Shown here piece by piece: positions 25,220 through 38,760 of a stretch of 64,000 nucleotides of DNA. Positions within the stretch are counted from its first letter, which is position 1. The number at the start of each line of letters is the position of its first letter. A program made the translations under genes and the position numbers. The notes below the pieces were generated by a model, which had not been told where the DNA came from, did not search any database, and saw only the letters and a program-made list of their open reading frames with translations. Where the stretch lies: contig OZ024742.1 of the NCBI GenBank assembly GCA_964016885.1, forward strand, positions 51,274,001 to 51,338,000. The letters run 5' to 3'. This DNA comes from Eledone cirrhosa (taxonomy: Eukaryota).

Positions 25220-25472
25220 ATAAGTAAATAAAATAAATAAATAAATACATAAATAAATAAATAAATAAATACATACACAAGCACAATAACAACAAGCACA
25301 TAAACACACACTAGTCACCCATCACACAGCAAACAAAACACTATACACACACGCAAACGCATGCGCAAAGAAGACAAAATAAAATAAACAAACAAGAAAA
25401 TAAATGAATAAATATATAGACAGACTGAATAAAAATGGCGTAGACATACAATACAACAGGAGGAAAATATAG

Positions 25473-25516
25473 CACCACTGACGATGTTGCAGATGTGCAA
25501 CGAAAGATTTATGATA
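25473..25516 (+). ncRNA. Hammerhead-like motif in the PLE terminal repeat (mirror copy on minus strand at about 23108-23152)
   Basis: CACCA-CTGACGA-T-GTTGCA(GATG)TGCAAC-GAAA-GATTTA-TGAT. The core and stem II are intact; stems I and III are imperfect. Confidence 0.6.
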
Positions 25517-25889
25517 AACTATATATATGTGTTTGTGTCTATATTGTATATGCATTACTTCTGACCGTCGGTCAGTCAATGGCAACATTGAGGACCGAGT
25601 AAGTTAGATTACCGATATAAAAGACACAGAAGCGAGAAGCGAAAACCAACCATACAGTGAGTGTGTTCTGTTATTAATTCTGGCAATATTACACAAATAT
25701 GACCCTCCCCAAGTATAAAAATATTTGTTTCGACACACGATTTCATATAAAAAACCTCGCAAAACTAATTCATCGCTGCTATATATATATAGTGGTAGAA
25801 CACTGGAAGGTAATATCCGTAGTGGTTGAGCACTCAGTCCATGGGACGAGTTAGGTAGAAGTGGTTACACAACAGTTAGTTCACCATAC

Positions 25890-25927
25890 CGAGAACAATT
25901 GTTTCACCTTCGCGGATCCTCAGCTCG
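25890..25927 (-). ncRNA. Minimal type I hammerhead motif in the inverted arm
   Basis: Reverse complement: CGAG-CTGAGGA-T-CC(GCGAA)GG-T-GAAAC-AATT-GTT-CTCG. Confidence 0.72.
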
Positions 25928-28030
25928 TAATGGACATGGTTGTACGGAACAGGTAGAATAACCGTACGAACGCGCATGGGTAGAAACGATCATTTCACAC
26001 AGGCAATACTAAATTGCGTGCGAGTGGTGTAAGGGAAATAACTGCGAAAGTCCGAAAGTTTTTAGTTGATAACATTAGAATGTTGTTGTAATTCCATCCG
26101 GAGCTTTGTTGTTATCTAAGAGGTGTTTCGAGACGTGTGGTCAATGTGTGAAGAATTCATTCCTTGTGTTTAGGCAATCACTATTGCGTAATATCTTTAG
26201 AATATTTATTCGTTCAATAATACATAGTCCACCCGACGGTAGATAAGACGCTACAATCTCTAGCTAAGCAGGAGACGTTCCTCGCCGTGAAAGATCCCAA
26301 GGTACACTGTATTCTAACCCCACAAGTAGACTAATAAACCTGGCACGCACAGGTATGGGACTAGTCAGTAAGGCCATACTTAGAAACATAGTTAAGATCA
26401 TTAGGGCCAAGTCCAACCTGTCCAAATGGGTGAACAGCGACTCCGTAATTAAGTGGTTTAACTGCTTCAAATCCCCAAAAACGAAGTTCACACAGTTTGA
26501 CATTGTTGATATTTACCCGTCGATCTCAGAGACCCTGTTAAACAAAGCGTTGAACTGTGCTACCACTTACACTACCGTCGATGGTTTAGACAGGGAAATC
26601 ATCGCTCACTGCCGGAAAACCCTCCTCTTCAACAACGGAGTAGCCTGGGCAAAGAATTCAACAACTTCAGACCTATTCGACGTCTCCATGGGATCCTGTG
26701 ACAGTGCTGACGTATGCGACTTGGTTGGCCTATTTATTTTAGCCATATTACATGTTAGATTATCGGAATTCCACACGGGAATATACCGCGACGATGGACT
26801 GACCTTATCGAGTCATAAAAGTGGACATGACCTCGACCGGTTTAAAAAAGACTTAGCTTCTAGCTTCAATGACTTAGGACGTAGGATATCAGTAGCTACC
26901 AACCTCTCTAGCGTAGATTTCTGAGACATTAATTTAGACCTTCGCACACACACATACAGACCCTTCCATAAGCTAAACGAAAAACTCAATTACATTCACA
27001 AGGACTCATGCCACCCTCCCAGTGTTTTTAGAAACTTCGTAAATAATATCAGTACTAGAATCTCAAACCTCTCCTCTAATAAGGCGATCTTTGACAGGGC
27101 GGCAGCCTACTATAACACGGCGTTAGCTAACAGCGACTTCTCGCAACCTATCACTTACTCCCCCACTAACAACAACAGCAATAAGAAAAGAAAGCGTAAC
27201 AATAGACAAATTATCTGGTTCTCACCTCCCTTCTCACTCAACGTTAAAACCAATGTAGGTAAAAAATGTCTAGCCCTCTTAGATAGACACTTTCCCATAG
27301 GTCATAAATACCGCTCCATCTTTAACCGACAGAAAGTAAAACTAGGATCTCCTGCGCTAAGAACATGAAGGCCCACATCACCAACAGCTCTAAGAGCAAC
27401 ACCCCACCAGGGTGCTCTTGCTGTAAGCCCGAAGCTTGTCCTCTTCAACAGCAATGCAACACACCCGCCGTAGTTTATGAAGCTGTGGTTACTTCCAACC
27501 GACCAAATCAACCACAGGAGGTCAAATCCTATATGGGTATGGCGGACGGCCTATTTAAGGAACGCTTCCTGAACCACTAGTCGATCTTTAGGTACCCAGA
27601 CAGACGTTCATCCACGAAACTCGCGAGCCACGTATGGTCCCTCAAGGACTCATGTATAGACGACTCCATTCAATGGAAAGCCATCACTAAGTCCAAGCCA
27701 TCCGCAAGGGGCAATCGGTCGTGTGGACTATGTATTGATGAACGAATAAATATTCTAAAGAGATTACGCAATAGTGATTGCCTAAACACGAGAAATGAAT
27801 TCCTTACACGTTGTCCACACGTCTGGAAACACCTCTTACATAACTACAAAGCTCCTGATTGAAATACAACAACATTCTAATTTTCATATCTACTAGAAAC
27901 TTTCGGACTTTCCCAGTTATCTCCCTTACACCTCTCGCACGCAATTTAGTATTGCCTGTGTGAAGTGATCGTTTCTGTGCATGCGCGTTCGTACGGTTGT
28001 CCTTCCTGTTCCGTATAACCATGTCCATTA

Positions 28031-28068
28031 CGAGCTGAGGATATGCTAAGGTGAAACAATTGTTCTCG
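28031..28068 (+). ncRNA. Minimal type I hammerhead motif in the PLE 3' repeat
   Basis: CGAG-CTGAGGA-TATGCTAAGGT-GAAAC-AATT-GTT-CTCG. Stem II has decayed in this copy. Confidence 0.65.
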
Positions 28069-28100
28069 GTATGGTGAACTAACTGTTGTGTAACCACTTC

Positions 28101-28135
<35 letters not shown>

Positions 28136-28224
28136 GTAGGAGGTGAGTTTTATTGTAGTACAATAAAGCAATGCAGATATCGGATAAGTAGCAATCTACA
28201 GTTTGTAGGACTGGAGTATAAATA

Positions 28225-28732
28225 ATATATAAGATCAAAAGATGGTTAAAAGAGTTCCATGTATTTTATTATGCGCATTTCAAAAACAAATATCATCATG
28301 CGATGACATTTGCGTTTTCGTCAGATAAAATAGGGAGACATGATATGAAGGTTAAAAAACACTTGTGAATAGTGCAGTTTTAAATCAACATATGAAAATT
28401 AGTTTTAGATTGATGTGTGAGATTGGGTGAAAAAAAAAATTGAGGGGGGGGGGGGTGAAAAAGAGGAGATGAGAGTAAAAAGTGGAGGGGGGGGAGTATA
28501 ATAAGGAAGGATGAGATAGGAGGAGAGATGGGTGATAGAGTGAGAGAGATAGCTTTTATAACTGAGAACAATATATTGTTTTACATAGACATTAAATAAC
28601 CGTTGGAAGATAATATATAAATTAAAATAATTTGAAAATTATCGAAAATTAACGAAAATTAACAAGTCTTTTTTAACCTTCATATCATGTCTCCCTATTT
28701 TATCTGATGAAAACGCAAATGTCATCGCATGA
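28225..28732. mobile_element. Fold-back PLE-terminal-like element (third family); related copy at 61978-62162
   Basis: About 28295-28366 pairs with 28662-28731 as inverted arms. 28225-28410 is the reverse complement of 61978-62162. Confidence 0.75.
28262..28331 (-). ncRNA. Type I hammerhead motif with long stem II
   Basis: Reverse complement: ATTTTAT-CTGACGA-AAACGCAAATGTCATC(GCAT)GATGATATTTGTTTTT-GAAAT-GCGC-ATA-ATAAAAT. Stem I is 7 bp and the cleavage triplet is AUA. Confidence 0.8.
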
Positions 28733-28920
28733 CGCTAAAAACAAAAAATGATGAGTACCATGAGGTGTGCCCCAAAACGTGGAGAAATGAGACAAAATGG
28801 GGAGGTTTTCCATAATGAAAGCTATACCCATTTTACACAAGAGAAGACATATCTGACCCACGGCAAAGTGGATGGGAGATGTCCCCGTGGGACGGGGATG
28901 TTGACAGGTTGGATACATAT

Positions 28921-29005
<85 letters not shown>

Positions 29006-31552
29006 CATATAAGTATATGATTGTATGAACTTTCAAACACCCATATTTATATATGTTCAAAGAAGTATTTCAGAAGTTCAAGATATAGTGTACTATTTAC
29101 TAAACGTATTTTAATCACAGCTTTAGTACAGAAGCATCGCTACACCAAATGTCAGTCTATCTTTCTCTGAGTGCTGCCTCATTTAAATAGGTGGCACTGT
29201 TTCTGAAATCATGAATCGATATTGGAAAAAATTGCCAACTATATTGAACATCACTCAATATTGACATACAAAATAAAATTCTTTTTTTGTAAATTGGAAC
29301 AATTCCAACCTTAAAATGATAACAACTTAATTTCCATTAGTGAATATGTTCAAAAACAATGTGAAAACGAGTATTTAGTCATACACATGTTAAAGAAAAC
29401 CTGTAAAAATCATGAATATATAAATACAGGTAATGTGCATTTACATATATATATACATGAAATACTGAAGACGAATGTAATGAATATTAGCAATACATTG
29501 CAAAATTCAATAATGTAAACGGACTACATCTAAAAATTGGAAAAGCAAAAGAATTTCAAATAGCTAATGCCTTTATTGGATTCATGATTTTAAGTTCACG
29601 AAGATTTTTGTGTATCAAGTGAAACATAATTTCTTTTTCAAGTAATCTTAATACTTAAGTATATATGTAGGCCATTGACACATATAAAGATATTTCCGAT
29701 AAATATATATGTTCTATACTTGCATTAATAGCGACTGAAGTGCATATACGTACACATATGCATATATACAGCATATATATTTTTATAGTTTTGTAAAAGT
29801 TTGTATTCATGTGAAATATTTCCAATGGAAAACATCTGTTTGGGTGATATTCACGGTCCTCTAAAAGGTTAAGGCAAAATAAATTTTCATTAATGTATTA
29901 ATATTTTAAAAAATACTATTGCACTATTTCAAGTAGATCACATATAGTGGCACCGAACCTATTTGAGAACATTTGAAAATATCCAGTTTTTACTTCACAA
30001 AGGAAATAGATTTCTCTTTGTTTTTAAATATTATGATATTGCAAAAATTATACAGAACGTTTCAAGCAGAATTTGTGTATCGTAATTACACTTTTCTCAA
30101 TACACAAAATATCTTGCATAATACTTCTTTTATGAAATTAGAAAATAGTCCTTCAGAATAGTCCATCAATAGGAAAAAGATAATCCGAATGAAATGTATT
30201 AACTTGATTTTCTGATAAATTGGTTGTGATATCAGTGAAGAATCAACTCTAGTAACTTCCACGAAAGAGGATATTTTACGTATTTACTATAGCAGCACAT
30301 GCGTAGTTGCTTATCATACACTGACACGTTCGCATGAACGTTTCAATAAGAAGTACATAGGAAAGAATTATTTTTCGTCCATAAAATAGATATTTCCCTG
30401 GAACAATCTCTACGATTCCAAAGTAAAATGAAATATTTTCAATGTACATATTGTTTCTCATTAATTAGCTTTGAAGAAAGCATTATAAAAAAATAAAGAA
30501 AGCATTAATTAGCTTTGAACAAAAAAAATATAGCCGAGTAGTTGCACGTTATCCTTGCCATGCCAATGATAAATAAATCAAGTTTATAATATGACAAATA
30601 TAATTGAAAACTATGTTCATAGATTATCATTACGTGTTTAATTGACGAATTCTTACATCAGCATGTGTCACCAGTGTTTTTGTCCATAGCAAATTACTAC
30701 AATCCATTTGAATTAGATCAAAGACATTGATATTTGATACATTGGCTTCATTAACCTGGCAAAATTAAAAAGAAAAACTTAATACCACAATGAACAATTA
30801 TATATATTTATTAATGGTTAACAATTAAAATTACAAACCTTTCTATGTTTAGCATTATTGAAACTGCCACGTAGATATGTCATTTGACGTGAAATATGTT
30901 TTAAGTGATTGCTTGTAAATGTATAAAGTCAATTTACTTTCAAACATAAAGTATATATAAGTCTAAGACGATCATATTTCCTAAATTCCCATTGTTTATC
31001 GATTTACATGCTCACATTCAACAATGTTCACATGCACTCACCATGTTAATATTTATGCATATCGTATGCAATTGTTAGAGGTTACATTACTAGTTCGGTC
31101 ATACTACCGTTTCATAGTTATTATTAACATATATAATGACAACTTGCTATTTGACATCCTTGCATATATTACATTGTATCAAACGATGTGAAATGGCATC
31201 TACAAAAGATGTATTGCTATTTCATCATAAACACGAGACATGCCTTTTTCTATATTTTATATTCTGTCATTTACAGAAACCTAGAAAACTGGAAAACAGC
31301 AAAGATAGACGGAGAATAATACAATGCTTTCCATTTTCATCTCTGCTGTTATATTCCGATAGGGAAAATTCTATATATATTTCCTTGACAAACCTGGAAT
31401 GCGTTTACTGCGTATTTGTTACTGATTTGGTTTGCTTTGAAAATAGATTTTATCCAACCATGTGAAACCATGACGATGGACATCTTGCAAAATTAGAATA
31501 GATCAGTAAAGAAATATTCTTTTGCACTAGTTTGGAGAGGTCAACCCACCAC

Positions 31553-32005
<453 letters not shown>

Positions 32006-32931
32006 TTTGTGTATATGAAAATATGCTTGTGTATGTATATTTTGATTTTAACTGCCATAACACTGGCCTTTACATTATAGAGGTTTCCTTGCATAAGATT
32101 AGATTTGAGCTTTTTTGGCTTTGAAAACTAACGTTCGCAATTCCTCAGGTTGAATATGATATATAAAACCACAGATCCCTCTCAAAAATTCTAAAGTGCA
32201 GAGAAGTGGAAGAAATAAACTTTGATCCCGTTGATACGTTGCTTTAAAAGGCTGTTTAGAGTACAAAATTGTACGTGAGTTCACACGAGCAAATATATCG
32301 ACCGACACACACGAATCATGTCGCACTCCATCGACAGCAATGTATATTTACTAATACCTTGAGTCATATTGCTTACACAACCGAATTCACAAACACACAC
32401 ACACACACATACACACACATATATATATATATATATATGTATTGGTAAACGGAATAGAAAATGCTGACAAATTGTTCACAGTTGAAAAATGGTTTAATTA
32501 GGAATAAAAGAGTATTAGTAATTGTATGGTTTAGTATTCAATTGTGGTTTTAAGTTTTTTAAGTTTTTACAGGTTGCGCATTTCTAAATGCTTTTCAAAA
32601 ATAATTTTGAGATAGTGTCCGTGTTGTTTGCTCTGATCTGATTAGTTTTGGGAATTCTACCTGTTTTTATGTTAACAAAGTGGCTCCAGCGCATTTTGGT
32701 GTTGCAAAAATTCTTGTGGTCAAAAAAATTTTGATTGGTCGGTAGAGGTCATGTGAATGTAAAAAAATGATTTTGCGCCAACACTGAGACATGACTCTTT
32801 CACAACAAATATGTGTGTGTGTGTGGGGGGGGGGGTAGTAGTAGTAAGGTGTTCGATGTTGTGATAATAGTTAGCAGGGATGTGTGTCAAATGTTGTTAA
32901 GATAAGTGTGTGAGTATGTGTGTGTGTGTGT

Positions 32932-32993
<62 letters not shown>

Positions 32994-33305
32994 CAGAGTA
33001 ATTCGTGGTAGCAGGGATGGTCAGTAGAAATGTGTCTGTAAGCAGTGGGGGGTATTTTAGCATGTCAAAAGATATTTTTCAGCTTTTGTCTTATACGGAG
33101 AAGTGTGTGTGTGTGTATAAGTCTCTTTGTATGTTAATGTACGCGTGTGTGTGTATATATGTGTGTGTGAGAATGTGTGTGTGTGTGGGTGGACCAGTAT
33201 TTTTTTCCCCTGGTAAAATGGTGTACATTATTCGATATTTTCAGTAAAATCGGTTCTCTTAATAGAACATCAAAAATCTTAACAATAAAAGGTGTGAAAT
33301 GATAT

Positions 33306-33387
<82 letters not shown>

Positions 33388-33571
33388 TTCACTACATACA
33401 TATACATACATATACATATATATACATATATACACATATATTTGTTGTGTTGCACCATAGAATATGTGTGTTTACGTATGTCATTGTGTTTATATGTGGG
33501 TAGAGATGTGTGCTGATGTAGGTATGTATGTTGACGTGTGTATGTTGTGGGTTCGTCTTAGGGAGAAGTGT

Positions 33572-35850
33572 TTAGACGGGGTCCGTATTTGTTAATGAAG
33601 TAAGATTCCTTGCTGATGCGCTGGATGTGGGTGGCATTATCTTTAAATTTGTAGAGGGGAAGATTCTGAAGTTGGGATGATTTTGGGCGGCACAGGTATC
33701 AATGTGTTCACTCAGTGGTATTTTCCTGTATTCCCTTATTTTAATTTGGGATCTATGGACTGTCATGCGTTGGCGGAGGCTGTTTTTGGTCTGGCCTATG
33801 TATTGTTCTCGACAACCTGAGCAAGTTAATACATCTATTAGATTTTCCGATGCACATGTGAAACTGTGTTTTACTATAAAAAGTTGTCCTTCTTTGAAAT
33901 AGAATTCCGAACCCTCTATTAGGTTGATGCAAATGCCACAGTTGGGTCTATCGCATTTTTTTACTGTGGCTTTCGTTGTTGTGGTTGGCAGTACTTTGGC
34001 ATGTGTTAGGATGTTTTTCATTGACTTGGATTGTCTTTTGCTCTTTATGATATCGTCTGTTCGTAGGATTTGGTTCATTCTATGGTCCTTTTTCAACACA
34101 GGGATGTTCTGGAGGATGGTGTCAAAGGCCTCATTGTTGAGGGGGTTGTGTAGTGGAGATGTATGGAAGAGCTTTTAGTTTCGGTTGATTTACTTTAGGG
34201 TGTCTAAGGTCCTGGGTACTGAGTTTTAGGGCACGTTGGATTCCATTGTCAGTTAGTGATGTAGGGTAGTCCCTGCCTATGAGTGTGTCCTTTAGTTCTT
34301 GTAGCCGTAAGTAGCAGGTGTTTTTATTTGAGACTATAGTACAGATTCTCTTGGCTAAGTTGTAGGGAATATTAATTTTAACGTGTCTAGGGTGGCAATA
34401 GTTGAAAGGGAGATATTTCTTGGAGTCTGTGGGCTTGTAGTATATGTCTGTTTCTATTTTTTTGTTATGGATCTTAATGAGGATGTCGAGGAAGGGGAGG
34501 TGTTGATGGCTGTATTCCATCGTGAAGTTAATATTCGTGTTGAGCCCATTTATAAGGGTGTGGAATTCTTTAAGTTTTTCGATGTTTTCGTGCCAAAGGA
34601 TGAAGCAGTCATCTAGATATCGCTTCCAGTTCCTTTCAATGTGTAAGTGGAGGGTGTTTCCAAATTGGTTTAGGACTTTAGTGTAGAGGGTGATTTCCAG
34701 GTATCCCATGACTAGGTTGGCATAAGTGGGGGCTGTTTTCGTTCCCATAGCGGTCCCAGATTTCTGCCTGTAGGGTTTGTTATTGAAAACGAAGTAATTG
34801 TTCTCCAAGATAAATTTGAGTCCCTCTATCACGAATTCTTTTTTGATGCGTTGTGGGAGTTCATTGTGGAAATTATCCAGCCAGAATTGGATAGCTTCTA
34901 TTCCTAGGTTGTGGGGGATGTTGGAGTATAGGTTGACTACATCGAACGTCACTAGTAGGGTTTGTTCAGAAAGTGGCATATTAGGGAGGTGATTGAGCAT
35001 ATCTAGGTCGTCCCTTATAGAGCTTTGATGTGTTTGAGAAAGGGTTTGAGAAGGGTATCAATGAAGTTGCTAAGGCGGTGGGTTTCGCAAGCGGGACCTG
35101 CTATTATAGGTCTTAATTTGAGATCATTGGGTGAGGGGACATTGATGACTATGTCTGTGGCTCCCTTGCATGCCTTACTTATTGATTCGCTTTTATGTAC
35201 TTTAGGGATACCGTAGAAAAGGCTGGATTTACTTGTGAAGTCTGTGATGAAACTGAATTCCTTGTTAGTGAGTCCTTCTTTGTATTGGTTGATTAGAGTT
35301 TTTAGGTTTCTCATAATTTTCTGTTGATTGTAGTGTTAAGCCTTTTCGTAGTATGTTTCGTTTTCCAAAGTGGAGAGCGCTAAGTTGATATAGAATTCTG
35401 TCTCTATTAGGACTACTGTACTCCCTTTATCAGCCTCTTTAATTGTAATGGTTCTGTCGCTTTTTAATCTATTTAATTCTTCCCAGTCTTTCTTGTTGCG
35501 GTTTGGCTTGTGTTTTTGTCTGTGCAAGTGTTGGTAAGGGAAGTTTGTGATGTGTTCACAGAATTCGTCCAGGATTTTATTTCTACCTTTTGAAGGGGTG
35601 TAATTGCTTCTATTTCTGGCTAATGATTCATCCTCATTCTACTGGTCGACTAGTTGTTCACTAAGTCGTAACTTTCTACAGAAGTCTGTGATGTCTTCCT
35701 TCATTTCATAGTAGTTAGGACGTAGTGGGGTCGGTGTGAATTTAAGACCTTTGGAGAGTAAGTTGATAAGGTTGGGTGTTGGTTCTGCACTAGTAAGATT
35801 GATAATTTTTATTACTATCGGTTTCTCCTCCCTGTCTTGTGTTATTTTGT
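33572..35850 (-). mobile_element. Penelope-like element (Neptune-like architecture: RT, Cys-rich linker, C-terminal GIY-YIG), frameshifted
   Basis: IKEADKGSTVV, FYGIPKVHK..LRPIIAG, LVTFDVVNLYSNIP, GTAMGTKTAPTYANL, RYLDDCF, LPFLDI, CDRPNCGIC..YIGQTKNSLRQRMTVHRS. The terminal repeat probably extends through the microsatellites towards 32440. Confidence 0.9.
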
Positions 35851-37054
35851 TTGCCTGTATATGTGTGTGTGTGTGTGTGTGATGGGTTTCATTTAGTGTG
35901 TTGTGTTCATTTAGTGTGTTGTGTTAGTGTTCATTAATTTACAAAATCAAGAGTAGTCATCAAAACCTAATTTGTATTTACATCTCCCTAGAGGAGGTTC
36001 AATCAGTAATATGGAAATTGGATTTCGCTAAGGTTCCTCCTGCAGATGAATACTTCACTGAGCACTTTCACTATGCCGGGACTCGGATGATACAGAATCA
36101 CCACGAAATTAAAGGGGAGATAAAGTATTGATCATAAGGATTGGAAACAAGCAATGATGCTTTCAACTTATAGAAGGCAGTGTACCAGAATAACAAGTGG
36201 AATAAGCACACGGGTTGTCCTGCTGATACCTGTTGGTTAGTGACAATTCAATTATCGTAACTAAACTGAGTAGCTTTCTTGTCGATGACATTGATCAGTA
36301 AGTTTAGCGTGTTTTGATTTTTGAAAGAGGAGCAATCATGATTAATTATCTGGCAATACAGATCTATGATTAGATCATGTATCTTGTACAACATTTATTG
36401 TTCTGAAAAAAAGCATTTCCTATTAATTATAGGGTACCATTTTGAAATAGACTGTGCATACTCGATTGATCAGAAACGTTTGACTCGATAATTATACTGT
36501 TTAACGATGAAATTAAAGCATGAATTAATATGAATGGGAACATGGCAAGATCTATCCATGTAGAGAATGTTATCAAGTTGCTTGTACAACGCCATGACAT
36601 TTATTCTCTGATACAACTGTCATTCATGCTCTAGCCGCCAGCTGATTTCTCACCAGCGATATGGGGTGTCCCGTTGGTGTTTTATTAATTTACAAACATT
36701 TCCACTAATTCCTAAATCTTCCGTCCTCCTATAAATGAGAATGTATGTGTATAATTACTAGAATACAAATGCAATTCATATGCGTACTAGTCATTGAGAA
36801 ACCAGTAAGATTTCGATAGATAGGAAAATAGATCTTGCACTATCTGATTCAAACATGCCTGGTGGGTATTATATAACCACTCTGACATCTTTCAAATACG
36901 TATAATAGAATTATATACGAATAAAACAATCTCTCTTTATTATATTGAAACACCAGTTGATACCTTACAGAGAAAGTCTTAAGTAATACAAATCACGTAT
37001 GTTTACAAAAAAGTCGGCGGATTATATGATCAACCAACTTTCATCAATTGATTA

Positions 37055-37105
<51 letters not shown>

Positions 37106-38016
37106 TATACATATATTCCACTACATATATTCCACTAGTATACAATACATATATTCCACTAGTATACAAGGACATATCAATGAAAAGATATATATCAAAT
37201 CAGAGGATCGTTTGAACACATTTTTATTCATGCCAATATCTCTATTCGTATGATACAACCTAATATGAGAAAAAGTGTCCGTATCATCTTACTAAATACA
37301 GTTTCTTTAATTAAGAAAAATTCTTAATTATCCTAATAGACAGAGACAACCAAATTTGGAAGAAAGTACATCATTAGATGGATACTTCGGAAGAAGAATA
37401 AATATTTACATTAGACAGTATACGGGTCTTGTCCTTATGAAATCAACATTGTGTTTCTATAGTGCGTGAGACGTTCGACTCTTAAACTAATATCTGTCTA
37501 TCTGGTCAATATGACAGCTTTGTAGTGACGCAGGAATAGCACCCATAAAATCCGACGGTAGCAACTGAACAATTAAAGAGAAGTGAATATCAAGCAGAAA
37601 GTTATTTTTCATAAATATTCTAAGGGATCTCAATGAAAAGATATATACCAAATCAGTGAAGCATTTAGAAATTTGTTTGATGTTTGCCAAAATCAGCATC
37701 GGTGAGAATATCAACTAGATAAGCTAATACAAGAACAGTTTGTTCGTATCATGTTCCTAACTGCAATTACTGGATTGAATAAACAATATTAATATGCCTA
37801 AGATTTTTCTTAAATAAATATTAGTTATTAGAGGCATTCTTGGAAAGAAGAAAAACCTTCAACAAATAGTATCGGGATGTGTCCTTAGCAAAAGAGCACG
37901 GTGCTACTAATATCCCTGATTAACCTGATATACCTATATTCAATTAGTAGTGAAGCACGTACGCGTTACTGAATCTCCCAAGGCCAGTATACTAACTATT
38001 CAATATTTTATGTATC

Positions 38017-38760
<744 letters not shown>

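Larger units (their letters stand above)
22903..25723 (-). mobile_element. 5'-truncated Penelope-like element with about 1.04-kb inverted duplication of its 3' part
   Basis: The minus strand has RT motifs (QNEGAAIG, YSRYVDDI, LPVLDTELW) and a GIY-YIG (NVFYSIRC..YIGETARNIG.RIDQH..RQIREA..I). Arms 22903-23936 and 24683-25723 are near-identical reverse complements. (TA)n lies on the left. Confidence 0.9.
25792..28102 (+). mobile_element. 5'-truncated Penelope-like element (second family) with inverted terminal copy of its 3' end
   Basis: RT 26355-26924 (QFDIVDIYPSI, FDVSMGS, GIYRDDGL) continues through IIWFSPPFS to a GIY-YIG (AVVYEAVV..YMGMADGLFKERFLNH). Arm 25856-26232 is the reverse complement of 27723-28102. 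TA repeats flank both sides. Confidence 0.9.

Noticed and set aside
26922-26924. In-frame TGA in the PLE RT as a possible selenocysteine codon
   Set aside because: It falls at the conserved Leu of FLD rather than a Cys position, so it is best read as a nonsense mutation in a decayed copy.
32560-32620. Hammerhead in the putative terminal repeat of the 33.5-35.9 kb PLE
   Set aside because: Only GAAATGCGC is visible on the minus strand; no CUGANGA or valid NUH.
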